A stretch of 61,101 nt of DNA, filler included, from Circinaria calcarea (taxonomy: Eukaryota), in the NCBI GenBank assembly GCA_051942165.1. It is 9 parts of 9 records of this genome, joined end to end, with 100 filler letters (N's around TTAATTAATTAA, not from the genome) between each part and the next. Parts side by side here need not be neighbours in the genome. Positions count along the whole stretch, not along the records: positions 6,820 to 13,530 come from JAVECS010001511.1; positions 13,631 to 20,340 come from JAVECS010001512.1; positions 20,441 to 27,149 come from JAVECS010001513.1; 6 more parts are not named here. One strand, given 5' to 3'. Position numbers and translations under genes: made by a program. Shown here piece by piece: positions 12,372 to 24,221 of this stretch. Under the pieces are notes generated by a model. It was not told the DNA's origin and did no database searches. It saw only the letters and a list, made by a program, of their open reading frames with translations. The first letter of the stretch is position 1. Each line of letters begins with the position of its first letter.

Positions 12372-13530
12372 TTAGTATCTCATCGGGGGAGCCCCAATGG
12401 GAGGGGGCGGTAACGCACTAGCTCCATACGGGTTTACGTCCTGATACATCGGTCCACGCTCATAATAGTCTTCGTGGTACCTCCGGTTCAAGTTCGGCTG
12501 AGAGCGGCGCAACTGACGGTGCTGATAATGCTTCTCCCTTCTCTCCTCTAGCTCGTGCTTGAACTTGTTGCATTCATCCCGCGATTCCTTGACCTCTTTC
12601 CACTCACTCACAGCTCCTTTGATACCGAGTGCGGCAATACCGATACTGGCGGCATCTTGAAGGCGAGCTTTACTCTTAAGCCTCGAAGCTTCTTCAGGTG
12701 ACATCTTGCCTTCCAACACTGCCTTGTGGCGCTTGTCACGCTTCTCTTTAGACTGGTACACGCCGTGGGCGGCGTGAATGGTAGCCACTGTGGCAAGACC
12801 AGCAGTTATGTATTCCTTCCCTAACAACTTTTTACGCTTCTTCTCCTCCTCTTCGGAATCAAAAGATGACGAACTGCTACTTCGGCTTGGTCCTCCTCCG
12901 CCACGAGGACGTGGAGCGTATCCGTCATCGTCATAATATGGACGCCTTCCACTTCTCTCATTCCGATAGTCGTCGCGATGTTTGTCATTGCTGCCAAGGC
13001 CGATTGTCGTCATAGCTTTATTAAGACCACCAGAGACAAAGGCACTGACACTCTTACTCCTGCTTCGGCGTGGTGGCGGGCTTTCGTCGTCGGAACTGTA
13101 CCTGCGGCCTCGTGGCTCTCTATCCTTTGACTTACTGCGGTCGCTGATTTTTTTGGCAGCCAAAGCGGCGAGCCCACCAGCCGCAAGTGCTCCAACACCA
13201 CCAAGCCCTCCACCCTCATCTCGCGATCCTCGAGTACGCGAACGGGATCGCGATTTCTCTCTGGGGCCATTGATTAAACGATTACCAGCCAAGCCTCCGA
13301 GAACGGCTTCGACCGTATGACGGGTAGAATGCTTGTCCGGGTCGCGATCGACAGCTTTATTAATACCTGCGGCACCAATTGCGGCCGTTAGCGCACGCTT
13401 GCCCTGGCCTTGCCATCCTCCAGGTTCTTTGCGACTTCTGAATGCTTCGATCGCACCGGCAGTAAGAGCGGCTTTGACAGCCTGCTGAATCTTTTCTTTC
13501 TGATCCCCGGAACGAGAGCTTGACCGGGAA
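12372..13530 (-). CDS. DUF3824-domain fungal protein, 3' part (5' end beyond contig edge)
   Basis: Frame open to the contig edge; AALTAGAIEAFRSRKEPGGW, ITAGLATVATIHAAHGVYQS and LQDAASIGIAALGIKGAVSEWKE motifs. Confidence 0.8.
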
Positions 13531-13630
13531 NNNNNNNNNNNNNNNNNNNNNNNNNNNNNNNNNNNNNNNNNNNNTTAATTAATTAANNNNNNNNNNNNNN
13601 NNNNNNNNNNNNNNNNNNNNNNNNNNNNNN
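13531..13630. other. Artificial contig linker
   Basis: N-run with central TTAATTAATTAA. Confidence 0.98.
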
Positions 13631-13852
13631 ATCGCCAAAGACGGTACCCTGTGCTATTTCCCCAAGCGTGCCGATGAGCTGCAGTCGCATATCGATGCCA
13701 TTGTCGACGCGATCGAGGACGAGCACCCGCCATATGATCCGCGCACACTGGTCAATCTGGAGGCGGCGAAATTGTTCTGGGGGAGCGCGGAGGACAAGAA
13801 GGTGTATAATCGGCAGTTGAGAAGGGGGGTGCAGCGGAGCATGGAGATGTGA
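13631..13852 (+). CDS. C-terminal fragment of an unidentified protein
   Basis: Open, GC3-rich frame from the contig start (IAKDGTLCYFPKRADELQSHIDAIVDAIEDEHPPYDPRTL...SMEM*); family not recognised. Confidence 0.55.
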   Translation: MAKDGTLCYFPKRADELQSHIDAIVDAIEDEHPPYDPRTLVNLEAAKLFWGSAEDKKVYNRQLRRGVQRSMEM

Positions 13853-16351
13853 GGTTAATAGATGGTATGGATGGTATGGAGCACGATACAACACGGTAGG
13901 TAAAGGACCAGGAAGGGGAATAAATACACAAGTTGCGAATGGCGTATGACTGATTGGCTCGGTGCTGGCTTTGGTCTGGGCGGGAAAAGAAAAGAAATAG
14001 GCGATGGGATACCCTCTATTCTCCGTAGCATATTGGTGGACATGAGTACACATCACCACAAAAGGAAAGATTCTGCTGGCATCAAGATTTTCGATGCTGT
14101 CCTGTCGGTCATGTGGGTATGAAATATTTCCGGCAAAGTACTCGTGTTATTTGAATGCAACACGGGGATCAAAATTTCGTAGAAGATCCCTGAGCTGATT
14201 GAAGTCTGGGAAGATGTTTTTTTGGCGCCTTCACCCCTCCTTCCCTTTCCCCATTCGAACCCAAACTCCCACCCACCATCTTTTCTCTTTTTAAAAAACC
14301 CCCCGTAGAATCATCATCTCTTCCTCCACTCCCCTCTAGTTCTCCCCGGATTGAACTTCTCACCGTCCATTTCCTGGGCCTTATCGGATACTTGATCAGA
14401 TTGGTTCGGAGAGAATCGAGTTCGGGAGCTAGATTGGAATTGCGGATTCGGAAGGTTCATATATGCCCAGCGTGGGGACTTTTACTGCCCCATTGGGCTC
14501 TTATTCGGACTCTTTTACGGCTGTTGGTATCGCTGGCATGCCATGGCATGACATGGCATACGGACTTGGTTTTATTATCCTCCTCCCTTCCTTTCCGCTC
14601 CTGCCTGGATATAGAGTTTGACCGGTCAAATTTTATCAAAAGTGCCATTCGTATCCCTCGTCTGCCATGCTCTGCTAAGGATTGTCACGTCTTGTGACCA
14701 ACCCGCCCCCATTTCCCCGTGAGGTGTTGGCATTGATCTCGGGTTCAATTAAAGAGACATGTTCCTACGCTGACCTCTTGAGGCAGACTTGTAGAGTTGA
14801 CTGACAGGCATATTGGTTAGGTCATGCTTCGAGGCTTCAAAGTCCCTGATGTGAATGATGACGAAGGCCGTGTTGTAGGCTGGGGGTTCGCCGGCGAGAT
14901 TGAAAATGGAGCTGGATGTTGAGTTGAAGGGTGGAAAGTCTGGAGGCCAACTATGCTGTCGATGGGTATGCCCGTGGTGATTGTTGCCGTTCGTGTGACT
15001 AGAGGCGTTGAGCATGATTATCTCTCTGCCGTGGTTTGGGGGTTTGTGCCGGGTACCGCGAAAGAGAGCAGCGGACGGAGAATTTGGCTAAGCCGGCATC
15101 AAATGATGAAGGAAACTTGACAAGTCCGAGTAGAAAGGAATAAGCAAGATCAATGATGAAAGGTAGAAGGTTTCTATCCGAACTTTTCCAAAGTATTTGA
15201 GCCACGGAAATAGAATACCTGTAAGCTGAGGGTATACCTGCTTATTATCCAATATATCCTCTATTCAACCAAGATTCAAGATTCAATTGTTGTGTATCAT
15301 TATACGGTGGGCTTACGTGAAAGTGCTTCCATCGTACCCAACATCATCGAAACCTCCAAGCCAAACTCCTAGAATAGACTCTGTAGGGGGCCTTTGGCTT
15401 GAGATCTTCTATCCCACTGACAAAGTCACTTTGTCCTCCCAATCACTTCCACCTCACTGCTCTCTGGTTTGGAATGCACCACTAACGTAGTAGCGGTGAG
15501 TAGAACTACCACTAATTCGTAATTTACATTATACGTAATCAGTAGATAACACTATTTTGGGGTATATATTCATGGGTATCTGAGAGAATCACGGGTCGGT
15601 TTAGCCCAAATAGAGAAACTTAGAGCTCTTATAATTATTATTGAAACCCATGGCCACGCTAACCACGATCTAGAGGTACCCGATTGGGGATATGTGGACC
15701 TCCATCGTCGAGGTGTTTGAAAAACCTAACCTTCCGATTATTAATCCCAGATAAATCCACCTTACTCACATCGTCATAGAAGAATGAGGGGAAAGATAGG
15801 GAAATCAGTTCAAGTACTACCGTGTACATCGTCTTATATATTGCATATAGCTTGGCTTGGAGGCGTCCAGAAGGAAATAGCTAGATAGTAAGGTCAAAAG
15901 TATGACAGAATGATATGAACCTTTCCTACCGAGTATGTAATAGCTGCTAACTGATGGGGTAATTGCTGTCCAATCCCAAGACCCCACATCACCTCATAAC
16001 ATCTTATCGTCTTCATTATCCAATATGTGCCCAAGACCCATATGCTGAAGCGTATGGGCACTAAACCAAGTATGATGCAAACAATTCTTCCGGAACGTCT
16101 GCTGCTCGAATCGAGAGGAAGTGATGCATGGCGTATGCAAAACTCATCCTTGTCATCAGTACCAAAATGCGTGACGCCGTTGCCGATGAAATATCCATCG
16201 CCTTCCCAACATCCAAGACTTCAAAGAGGCATCCTTTTAAAAACAATTTGTGGGGCGTGCCATATATCCCCTCCCTTCCGAACCTTCTCAGACACCTTGA
16301 AGCCCTCAATACCCGAATCTAGTGTGAATTCCAGATAACCCAATCCCGCAC

Positions 16352-17632
16352 CTACTCCATTTGTATAATCAACTCTCCGCTGGAGCCGTACCATGCAGGC
16401 CCCATTCCCTTTATTCTTTTTCCCACACCTAAAAACAAAAGGAGATAAGTATGCGCTACCACTTCCCCCCAACAGTAAACTCTCACTACCTCCTCGCTGC
16501 CTCCACCACTGCTTTCCAGACTTTCCTCGGCGGTGCTCTCGTCCTCTTCATTTCTATGCAGAAGGTATCGCTCACACCAAAGCCAACTCGATTCGCCTTT
16601 CCCAACGAACTGTATTAAGAAATCCCAGAATTTCTTCCGGAGAAACATGTCCCATTGCTTGGGTATGCAGATACGCCAAAAGCCTCGCTCATTGGTACAT
16701 GGTGGCCGAAAAATGTGCAAGGGTCGAAAGAACCTGGAAAGCGGGAGCTTTTGGACAATAGCGAGAAGGGAGGGAATGGTGGCGGTGGTGAAAGGTTGGA
16801 GAGAGGTGGGAGGAGGAGATGGTATTATTCTTTGAATCGGAAGGTCCGAGTCCTCTGGAAAGACAGAAGGTCGAGGAGAGGGTGATGGAGTTTCGGTACA
16901 TGCAAGGTTAGGAGACGATGGAGGGTCTTGAATGGACTGCGCTGCATCCTGAGACGAAGACGGTAGTGTCGATTGCGAAGGCGCAAGCAGTCGGGGGCGT
17001 TTTGTCAATGGCGATGATTCTACCTCATGTGGTGATGATGACGAACCAAGTAGCGAGCGCTTTAGACTAGACGTCCATGGCTGCGAATCGGGAATGACAC
17101 TTGGCGGTGTTTCCCAAGAGTCAGATAATGACCGACGTTGTTGACTTGGCAGAAGTGGTTTTGCTGCTGCACAAGTCGGCGCACTTGTTGGTCGAACAGT
17201 GCCAGGGGTCCGATTAACATGAATGACTGACAATTTCTTGGGTCCATCATGGAAATTGCCAGCCCATGCCGCACCGGCTGCTTGCAGAGTCGCGTTTGCT
17301 GTTGTGTTTGCACCCTGTAACCCGACTGGATTTGAGGCATCATCAAAACTGGTACCGTCGGACTCATTTCCGACAACCCGGTCACTTTGCTTGCTCTGGA
17401 GAACAGAAGGGGGTCTACTCCGAATTGCTCGCGCATTGCTGGACGACCGTAACAGAGTCCTCACTGGCCTCGATGGTCCTACAGAGGAATCCCCTTGATC
17501 CGTTACTGTATCATGTCTCTTGAAGGTCTCAAAATCGAGCAAAGCCTGGGCCTGCCTTCGGTACCTGGCATCATCCCGTGCACTGCTTGGCGCTGATATA
17601 TGCACGAGAATCTCGATCGGGTGCACCATCAT
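16352..17632 (-). CDS. Hypothetical protein (426 aa): ordered N- and C-termini, Ser/Pro-rich middle
   Basis: Long ORF; EILVHISAPSSARDDARYR start and ERGFW...RVYCWGEVVAHTYLLLF C-terminal block look like a conserved Pezizomycotina family. Confidence 0.8.
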   Translation of the reverse strand: MMVHPIEILVHISAPSSARDDARYRRQAQALLDFETFKRHDTVTDQGDSSVGPSRPVRTLLRSSSNARAIRSRPPSVLQSKQSDRVVGNESDGTSFDDASNPVGLQGANTTANATLQAAGAAWAGNFHDGPKKLSVIHVNRTPGTVRPTSAPTCAAAKPLLPSQQRRSLSDSWETPPSVIPDSQPWTSSLKRSLLGSSSSPHEVESSPLTKRPRLLAPSQSTLPSSSQDAAQSIQDPPSSPNLACTETPSPSPRPSVFPEDSDLPIQRIIPSPPPTSLQPFTTATIPSLLAIVQKLPLSRFFRPLHIFRPPCTNERGFWRICIPKQWDMFLRKKFWDFLIQFVGKGESSWLWCERYLLHRNEEDESTAEESLESSGGGSEEVVRVYCWGEVVAHTYLLLFLGVGKRIKGMGPAWYGSSGELIIQME

Positions 17633-18276
17633 ACTCCCTCATCCTCCAAGCATGATAAGATGCAGGCATTGTGGCGAGCAAACACAGCGATGATGCGACA
17701 GTCTTTGAATGTGTTGATGCTCTATTCATTCTGGATCAAAGAACACAAGCCATGTTGATCCTTAGCGTGGAGCTTACGTGATTTGCAACCCGTCTCTGTT
17801 CTGTCTCTGTGCAAAACTCGAGCAACTGGACTCCAGCATACCCGAGTGACTCCGTCTAATGGCGTTGGGACCTGTTTTAACTTCTACTCCTAGAGGACGT
17901 TCTCTGTGCAAATCCAGTCCTTCGAGTCTGTCAAAGATGAAGCCAATCCCCATGATCTGGTACATGTTGTAATAGACATGGAATCACCTCCATGTCCTAT
18001 CTCATTTCACCTGTGGGCAATGGCGTTTAAGAGAGCAGTGTATTGATGGTAGCTGAGCGTTGCTCAGCTAGCTACATATCATCGTGTCTCCAGATCTGCA
18101 AAAAGCTAATTTGAGTTGCTGCTCTCTACAATTGTAGATCAACCATGCCGCACGTTCCACCCAGGTTCCCTTCAAGGCGTTTGCAAACGTTGCCCTTCGT
18201 CCCTAGAGGCTGAACTGTCGACGGTGGTAGATGCTGGGTTCTGCTATGCCTTCTCGGAAAGACTCTTGTGCTTCCA

Positions 18277-18534
18277 CTAGACACTGTCTTCCGCCCATTC
18301 CGCTGCAGAGACCTCATCAACACCAGCAGAGCGTTTGAATGGAGCTCCATTGCAAGGATAAACGTGAGTATTTTGGCAATATTGGTTGTCGATTGCCACA
18401 TCGCGCTTCGTTGGAACTGCGTCGATGTTAACATACTACTCTTCTATGATCTGGATTGCTTAGTCCATGCCAACGGGCAGCCCAATGACCAGGCTGAGAG
18501 CAGAGAGCACGAGGAAAGCAGTGACTCCCTTCAT
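18277..18534 (-). CDS. Small secreted Kex2-processed peptide precursor (67 aa), candidate RiPP precursor; exons 18534-18471 and 18416-18277
   Basis: Signal peptide MKGVTAFLVLSALSLVIGLP; a 54-nt GC-AG intron (GCATGG..GTTAAC..GCAG) yields VVPTKR-DVAIDNQYCQNTHVYPCNGAPF-KR-SAGVDEVSAAEWAEDSV*; TATAAGA ~170 nt upstream. Absent from the ORF track. Confidence 0.75.
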
Positions 18535-19442
18535 CTTGATAGAGGTCTAGAGGGAATCTGTCATGGACTTTGTGTGGTGGAGGGGTGTTGGGCTTTGTCC
18601 AGGTAGGCAATTGATTGACTGGGTAGCTGAAGGGAGAGGTTGACGAAGGTCAAGACAGAGCTGAGGAAGAAAGGTTACTATGAGGGGGGAAGTTCGGTGT
18701 TCTTATAGGTATTACCGTAGGGGCTGGGAGTGTGAGCAGTCCATCACGGATCCGGCTGTGAGAAGACGCTAGGCTGAGATATCGGCACGGCTCTCCCTCC
18801 CATATCACGTTCAGGTCACGGTCCTTGGTGATGCGGTCATCCCCATGGCATCCCGAGTCGGGTAAGGGTCTTCAACGGGTCTGTTCATTTCGCCTAAACA
18901 CATCACTTTATGAAGCTGGGTCGACTGTCGCTTCTACTTTCTTCTTTTTAGATTGGATTGGTTCAGATGGCCAAGCCATTCTTGCTGAAAAGCAATCACC
19001 GAATGTGCTCTTTGAGGCTATGCTGATCTGAGTGACGCAGCTGAGGATAGTCGTGACGTTAGCCAAAGAGATGCTTCTTGGTAATCAAGGCTTCGTCACT
19101 CTTCTGGCTTGGAAAAGTGAGAGCTCGTTATCGGCTGTAGCTGTGAATGCTGGTCAGAAAGATCCAGGCAGAGGGAACTTTAGGCTTGGAGCTCGGACTC
19201 CCTGTCTGATCAATGCTGGAGCATCTCTACACAATTTGGAACAGATCCCTCACAATGATATACAGCCTAGTGCACTGCTTTATTCTTAAGGGCAAGTGGT
19301 TTCAACACCACTGTCGCCACTCTCACCGTACTATTTCACGCTCTTTCTTCTTTGACCTCCGGGGCTGAACGAACCCCACGCGTTTTTTGGTTCCTGTTGT
19401 TGGATTCTTTCAACCGTATCATCATGCTGACTGCACTTCGAC

Positions 19443-20340
19443 ATGAATCTCGACGAGAATGATGTTGATATACCGATGGATCCCGAGCATCCCAAGGACG
19501 CCCTCTTCTCCAAGCCGCGACATGTACGAGGTCTCAGTCTGACTCGAGGTCGTCAGAGTCGAGTCCACGTTACCCTGCACATCTTCGTGCTCTACTCCAT
19601 TATTGCTGGTCTCGTCGTTGTTGGTCTGACCTTGCTTAACATGCCCGATACCTGTCACGATCCAAGTCAAGGCATCTACTGTAAGTCCTGCCTTGATAGA
19701 AAGAGACCCTGAAGGGAGAGGTCATTGACCGCCGTTGGACCATGATGATGGTTTCTCTTGCTTTTACAACACAACCTCTGCGCATATGCTCATCACCAAC
19801 TTGATAGCGCCGGCATCGGATGCAGTTGCGTACCGTAATCACGTCTTTCGAGAGAATTTCGTTTCCAAAGGGCCGTACATGGGTCGTCCAGATGGGATTC
19901 CGGACGAAGGTGTTCCAAGCGACCAAACTGATGCTCTTTGGGAGGATCTATATCAGTGTGTGTTACCCAATAATTTCTCCATTGCATACTACAATCCTAC
20001 TAATCAAGAACCCTCAGTTGGTGTATCTCAGATCCCCTACGATCAAGCTCGTCAGCTACCGAATGCAACAGAACGCATTCCCGGCACCACGGAACAATAC
20101 GTGATCGAGCTCGATGTCTTTCATCAATTGCATTGCCTCAATGCCATAAGAAAGACATTGTACCCGGAAAGGTATTGGGACACGTATGATGATTACTATA
20201 TCAAGGACGGCTCACCCCCAGGAAGAGGTCAAAGGAACTATACGAGTACGGACGCTAAACACTACGGTAATCAGGATACCCGCTTCCTACCCATATAAGA
20301 ACCTCTTTCAGTCCCTCTGGCAAGGCTGCCGGACACATGC
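19443..20340 (+). CDS. DUF3328/UstYa-like oxidase, truncated by contig end; exons 19443-19680, 19808-19957, 20018-20266
   Basis: One N-terminal TM helix, IYSPA, DALWEDL and YVIELDVFHQLHCLNAIRK (HxxHC). The last visible exon ends KHY at a GT donor, where the second HxxHC motif would be expected. Confidence 0.92.
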
Positions 20341-20440
20341 NNNNNNNNNNNNNNNNNNNNNNNNNNNNNNNNNNNNNNNNNNNNTTAATTAATTAANNNN
20401 NNNNNNNNNNNNNNNNNNNNNNNNNNNNNNNNNNNNNNNN
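20341..20440. other. Artificial contig linker
   Basis: N-run with central TTAATTAATTAA. Confidence 0.98.
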
Positions 20441-21713
20441 CATAAGTATGGGTTTGTTTGTTCTGTCTGGCCTCCTTAGGCATCAGGTCAGGCTTACGGC
20501 TGATACCGAAGCAAGGCTAGCCAGGCTAGCGCTTGCAAAGTTGAATGCCGCCAACAGCAATGTTCGCCTGTCAGCTATAACTTTTAGCATGGAGGTCCAT
20601 GCCTGTGTCCAACCAACTCAGCGGTTTTGGGATTTGGTGTCTTCGGCTTCCCCTGAGTCGAAAAGTTTGCTGACGTACTACTTGGCCAGGGGGGTCATAT
20701 AGATGTACTTGCGCTGCGGTCTTTATGTGGTGTTGTCAGCGTTTCTTTGTTCTTCTCCTGTATTCTTAGCTTGTCCTTCAAACGAAAATGCAGCGATGGC
20801 GTTGGGGAAAACCCTTCTGGGTAGTCGGTATCATTATAGCAGAATGGAGTGTGATGTTCAACAAACCAACTTAGCTGACCAAGAGTGATATCGGGTAGTG
20901 CCTCTGTAGTAGTTCAAGTGTTCCCGCAGGAAATCGCTTTGATGTTCTTGCTCATGCAGTGGCAACTCGAACAAGCCTATAGCCCCTTAATTGCTTGGGA
21001 CCCCAAGACTGGGCATTGAATAGGCGTGTAATACTATATCGAGTGACCAAATTCTGGAGGCGCATACAGCACCACACTAAGTGATCTTAAGAACCTCAAG
21101 CCTTGCATCACGACTACGCACTAGCAAGCCTGGAAGAAGATGCAATCCCGGAGGCGTCCAAGAAGCTATTACAAACGACCTTGGGATTCCCAGTTATACT
21201 TCTACGGTTGATTCTTCAGTTAGGTAATTTTTTACTGGAGTTGTGCATGAAGCTATACTGAGCAACTCTTACGTCAATATACTCATTAGTTTGTTGCTCT
21301 TTCATACTTGTCTTTGATAGAATCGCTATCCAAGGTATATATGATGCTGTGGTGCATATCTCGACAGACCATGACTAGTACGATATGTGTGCTACAAAGT
21401 GACATTAGTATATCCATTGATTGCTCAACCCTACTTGCTTTAAGCAAATTTCACAAATCAACGTTTCGGCAGAAGGTCGCACTTCTCACTGTCGCTTTGA
21501 CCCTCCATGTATTGTTCTATCTTCGTTTTCTCGTAGTCTTATCTTCGTGTCCAGAGTAACGCATTTCTGTTGCTCTGACAATTGTGTTGCTCAGTAACCT
21601 AGAAAACCTCGTGTCCTTCATAATTGCTTTGAGGTCAGCATGTTTAGCTAGGAAGACTTTCTTCTACTTAGAATGAGCCTTAAGTCCTACTGATATCACG
21701 GACGTTACTGTTA

Positions 21714-22954
21714 GTGTATCGAAACTTCCTTTCATACTATACGGATGTGGCTTCTGCGAAACCTTGTCGCACCTTAAATGTATATACCAGCGGGCCTGAG
21801 GATTGTAACATCCTTCCAAAAGCGAAGCATTCTTTCATAGCGAACTGTTCACTTTTGCACATGCTCTTCGGCTCTCGAGCTCAATCACGAATACCCTCAT
21901 ACCCAAATGCATTTGCTCCATACTCAATTCAAGCGACATTGCTTCTTCCCTCATTACAAAGCTTCACAAAACCTGAGCCACTGCTAATACAACCGAAATG
22001 CTGGGTGCCGTTTTCAATCGCCCTGGGACTGACTACGATAGCCCTGAAAGCACTCACGGCTTCTCGAAATTCCAACTCCTCATATGTGCTTGAAGAGATT
22101 GCCCGTGAACACTTATACGTCTATTGGCTAGAAACTCTACAAAGCGGTATCGGCCGCATGCAGACAGGGACTCTCGATATCCATGGGTTCAGAAAACTGC
22201 AAACTCTCATCAAGTCGGGTGACATCATATGGGAGGATGGCTCTAGGTTCGATCAGATGCTTGTAACGCTTTTGGGTTGTGTTGAGTCCCTGGACTCGAC
22301 TATGACAGCACAGATCTTGACAATATGGATGATCCTACCTCAGCATCGAGACTCTCGGCGGCTTACCCAAGTTCAACGTGCTATCTTCGTTTCCCATCGA
22401 GTTGGCGACGCTTCAGTCCTTCCGCACCGCACTCTCTTCACGCGTCACTCCCCTTGACATCAAACTCCCGCCCCACAATCCTTTCGGCATCAAGTTTTCC
22501 CTCCACACCATACTTCTTCCGCATGACATTCCCTCCGAAACGGTACTCCCTCTGCGCAAGGCTCCTCTCGCCTGCAACGTGGAAGGAAGGCTAGCATATT
22601 CATCTGTGGACTGGTCAGACTAATACGCTGATGGCATTTTAGGTCCTCTTGAGACAGGATAGACAAAGAGGCGTCGAAGCTCCACCCAGCATCAGGTCTG
22701 ATGGAAGGTATAAAGATCATGAGGGCTTGAGATGGACCACTGAAAGGGACGGAGAACGGAGTCTGGATTGGTGTCAACTTCTGGCCCGTTCCGAAATAGG
22801 TACTGGGAATGGATATTGGGAACAGACTCTCGGATGGTTGATTGGAATAGCCTCAGGCGATATCATAGGCTGTCGTGAACGAATTACACATACTCGCGTA
22901 TTTCACTACTTCCTCGGCTTTGACTGGTCCTACATAACTTTTATATGGTTGTGA
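21714..22954 (+). CDS. Probable multi-exon or decayed hypothetical gene; model unresolved
   Basis: Consecutive protein-like ORFs (21714-22457, 22378-22623, 22649-22954) with intron-like gaps; no family recognised. Confidence 0.35.
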
Positions 22955-24221
22955 ATGTAATTTGCCAAAGGTAACTTTGACTGACTGAATCTTGCTAGGG
23001 CCCAATGCCTGTGCGGTTGACTAATAGGCTAAATATGGACTTAGGGTTAGGGGCAATCACGATACACATGTACCAGCAGCAGCTCGTTCGGGGATTCTTC
23101 GGTGGATTTCTCGCCCGTGTCAGCGAGCATAATCTCCCCCCACCAAAAGCCCGGACCACAGACGCTACTTATGACACACGATGTTGGGTGGTCAATGGTC
23201 AATCCTTGCAAGGCCACTCTCGGAGGTCGGATGGTCAATAGTCGGGGCAATGATCAATCATGACAGCAACGCAAGCGCATCCTGAAATCTACAGGCGCTG
23301 GGCAGGAGTGGGGAGGTGTTGGCTCGGTCTTGGTCTTTGCTGCGGTACATCTATGCACGACCGTTGAGGAGATAAGTTGCTGCCATTCGTGAGCTTCGCC
23401 GGTGCGGAGCCTCAAACTGTTGGCCTTGGGACGGGAGATTGGGTCGTAGAAGGACTCTCTGCCTGCGTTGTCGTGATAGGAGAGTCTGTTTCAGCCATTT
23501 TACGGGCAAACGCCAGGGGGGTATCGTGTGCCAAGTCTGCAAGTAGAGTTCGGATGCTGAACCTCGAATAAAAAGAAGGATGAGACCACCCGATAAGATG
23601 ACATTGCTCGTATTGTCCTTCCCTCCGGCTTAGAGTGCGGCTTTCAGTCATCGCCATTGTCGCCGTCCCCGTCCTCACAGCTCTAATAGTACTAGTCACG
23701 ACATACTCCCTCATCTCGTCATGCTCGATAAATCTTGAAGATTGGGAATCCTCTGCCCTCTTTCACGCCCCGTTTCAGCTAAATCGATCTGCCCGCCAAG
23801 TGACCCCCTGTTCCCTTTGGTCTCTCCAGTCTCCACATCTTCTCGTGATACGTGCTACAACTTCCACCACCGCTGGTAAATCAAGTCCTCGACCGACCTT
23901 TTTCCACCCAGAGCCCAGACACTGGCCAACACCATCCACGCTTGACCACGCTCTTTACCTGTCATCCTCTCCCTGTCCCCACATTCCTTTCCGCTTAATC
24001 CCTATCATCCACCGGTTGCTTACTTCCAGCACGTGGTACATGGTACCTCCGTAGCTGAACGGGCTTACTGTCGGTGTGCGCGCAATGACAGGACACCTGC
24101 CCTGACTAAGCTCGACGAAGACTTTCATGCAAGTACGCACTGCTCTTTGTTCACCCGGTGAACCCCAACAACGGCGGAGGACTGTGGTGTCTGGACACCT
24201 GGTTGAAGCAGAACGGTAGTG

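Noticed and set aside
18126..18434. 102-aa minus-strand ORF as the second exon of the secreted peptide
   Set aside because: Needs a weak GTTGGC donor and gives a featureless product; the alternative frame gives a clean KR-core-KR layout.
20340..22954. Extending the RiPP cluster into the next segment
   Set aside because: Separated by an artificial linker, so adjacency carries no information.
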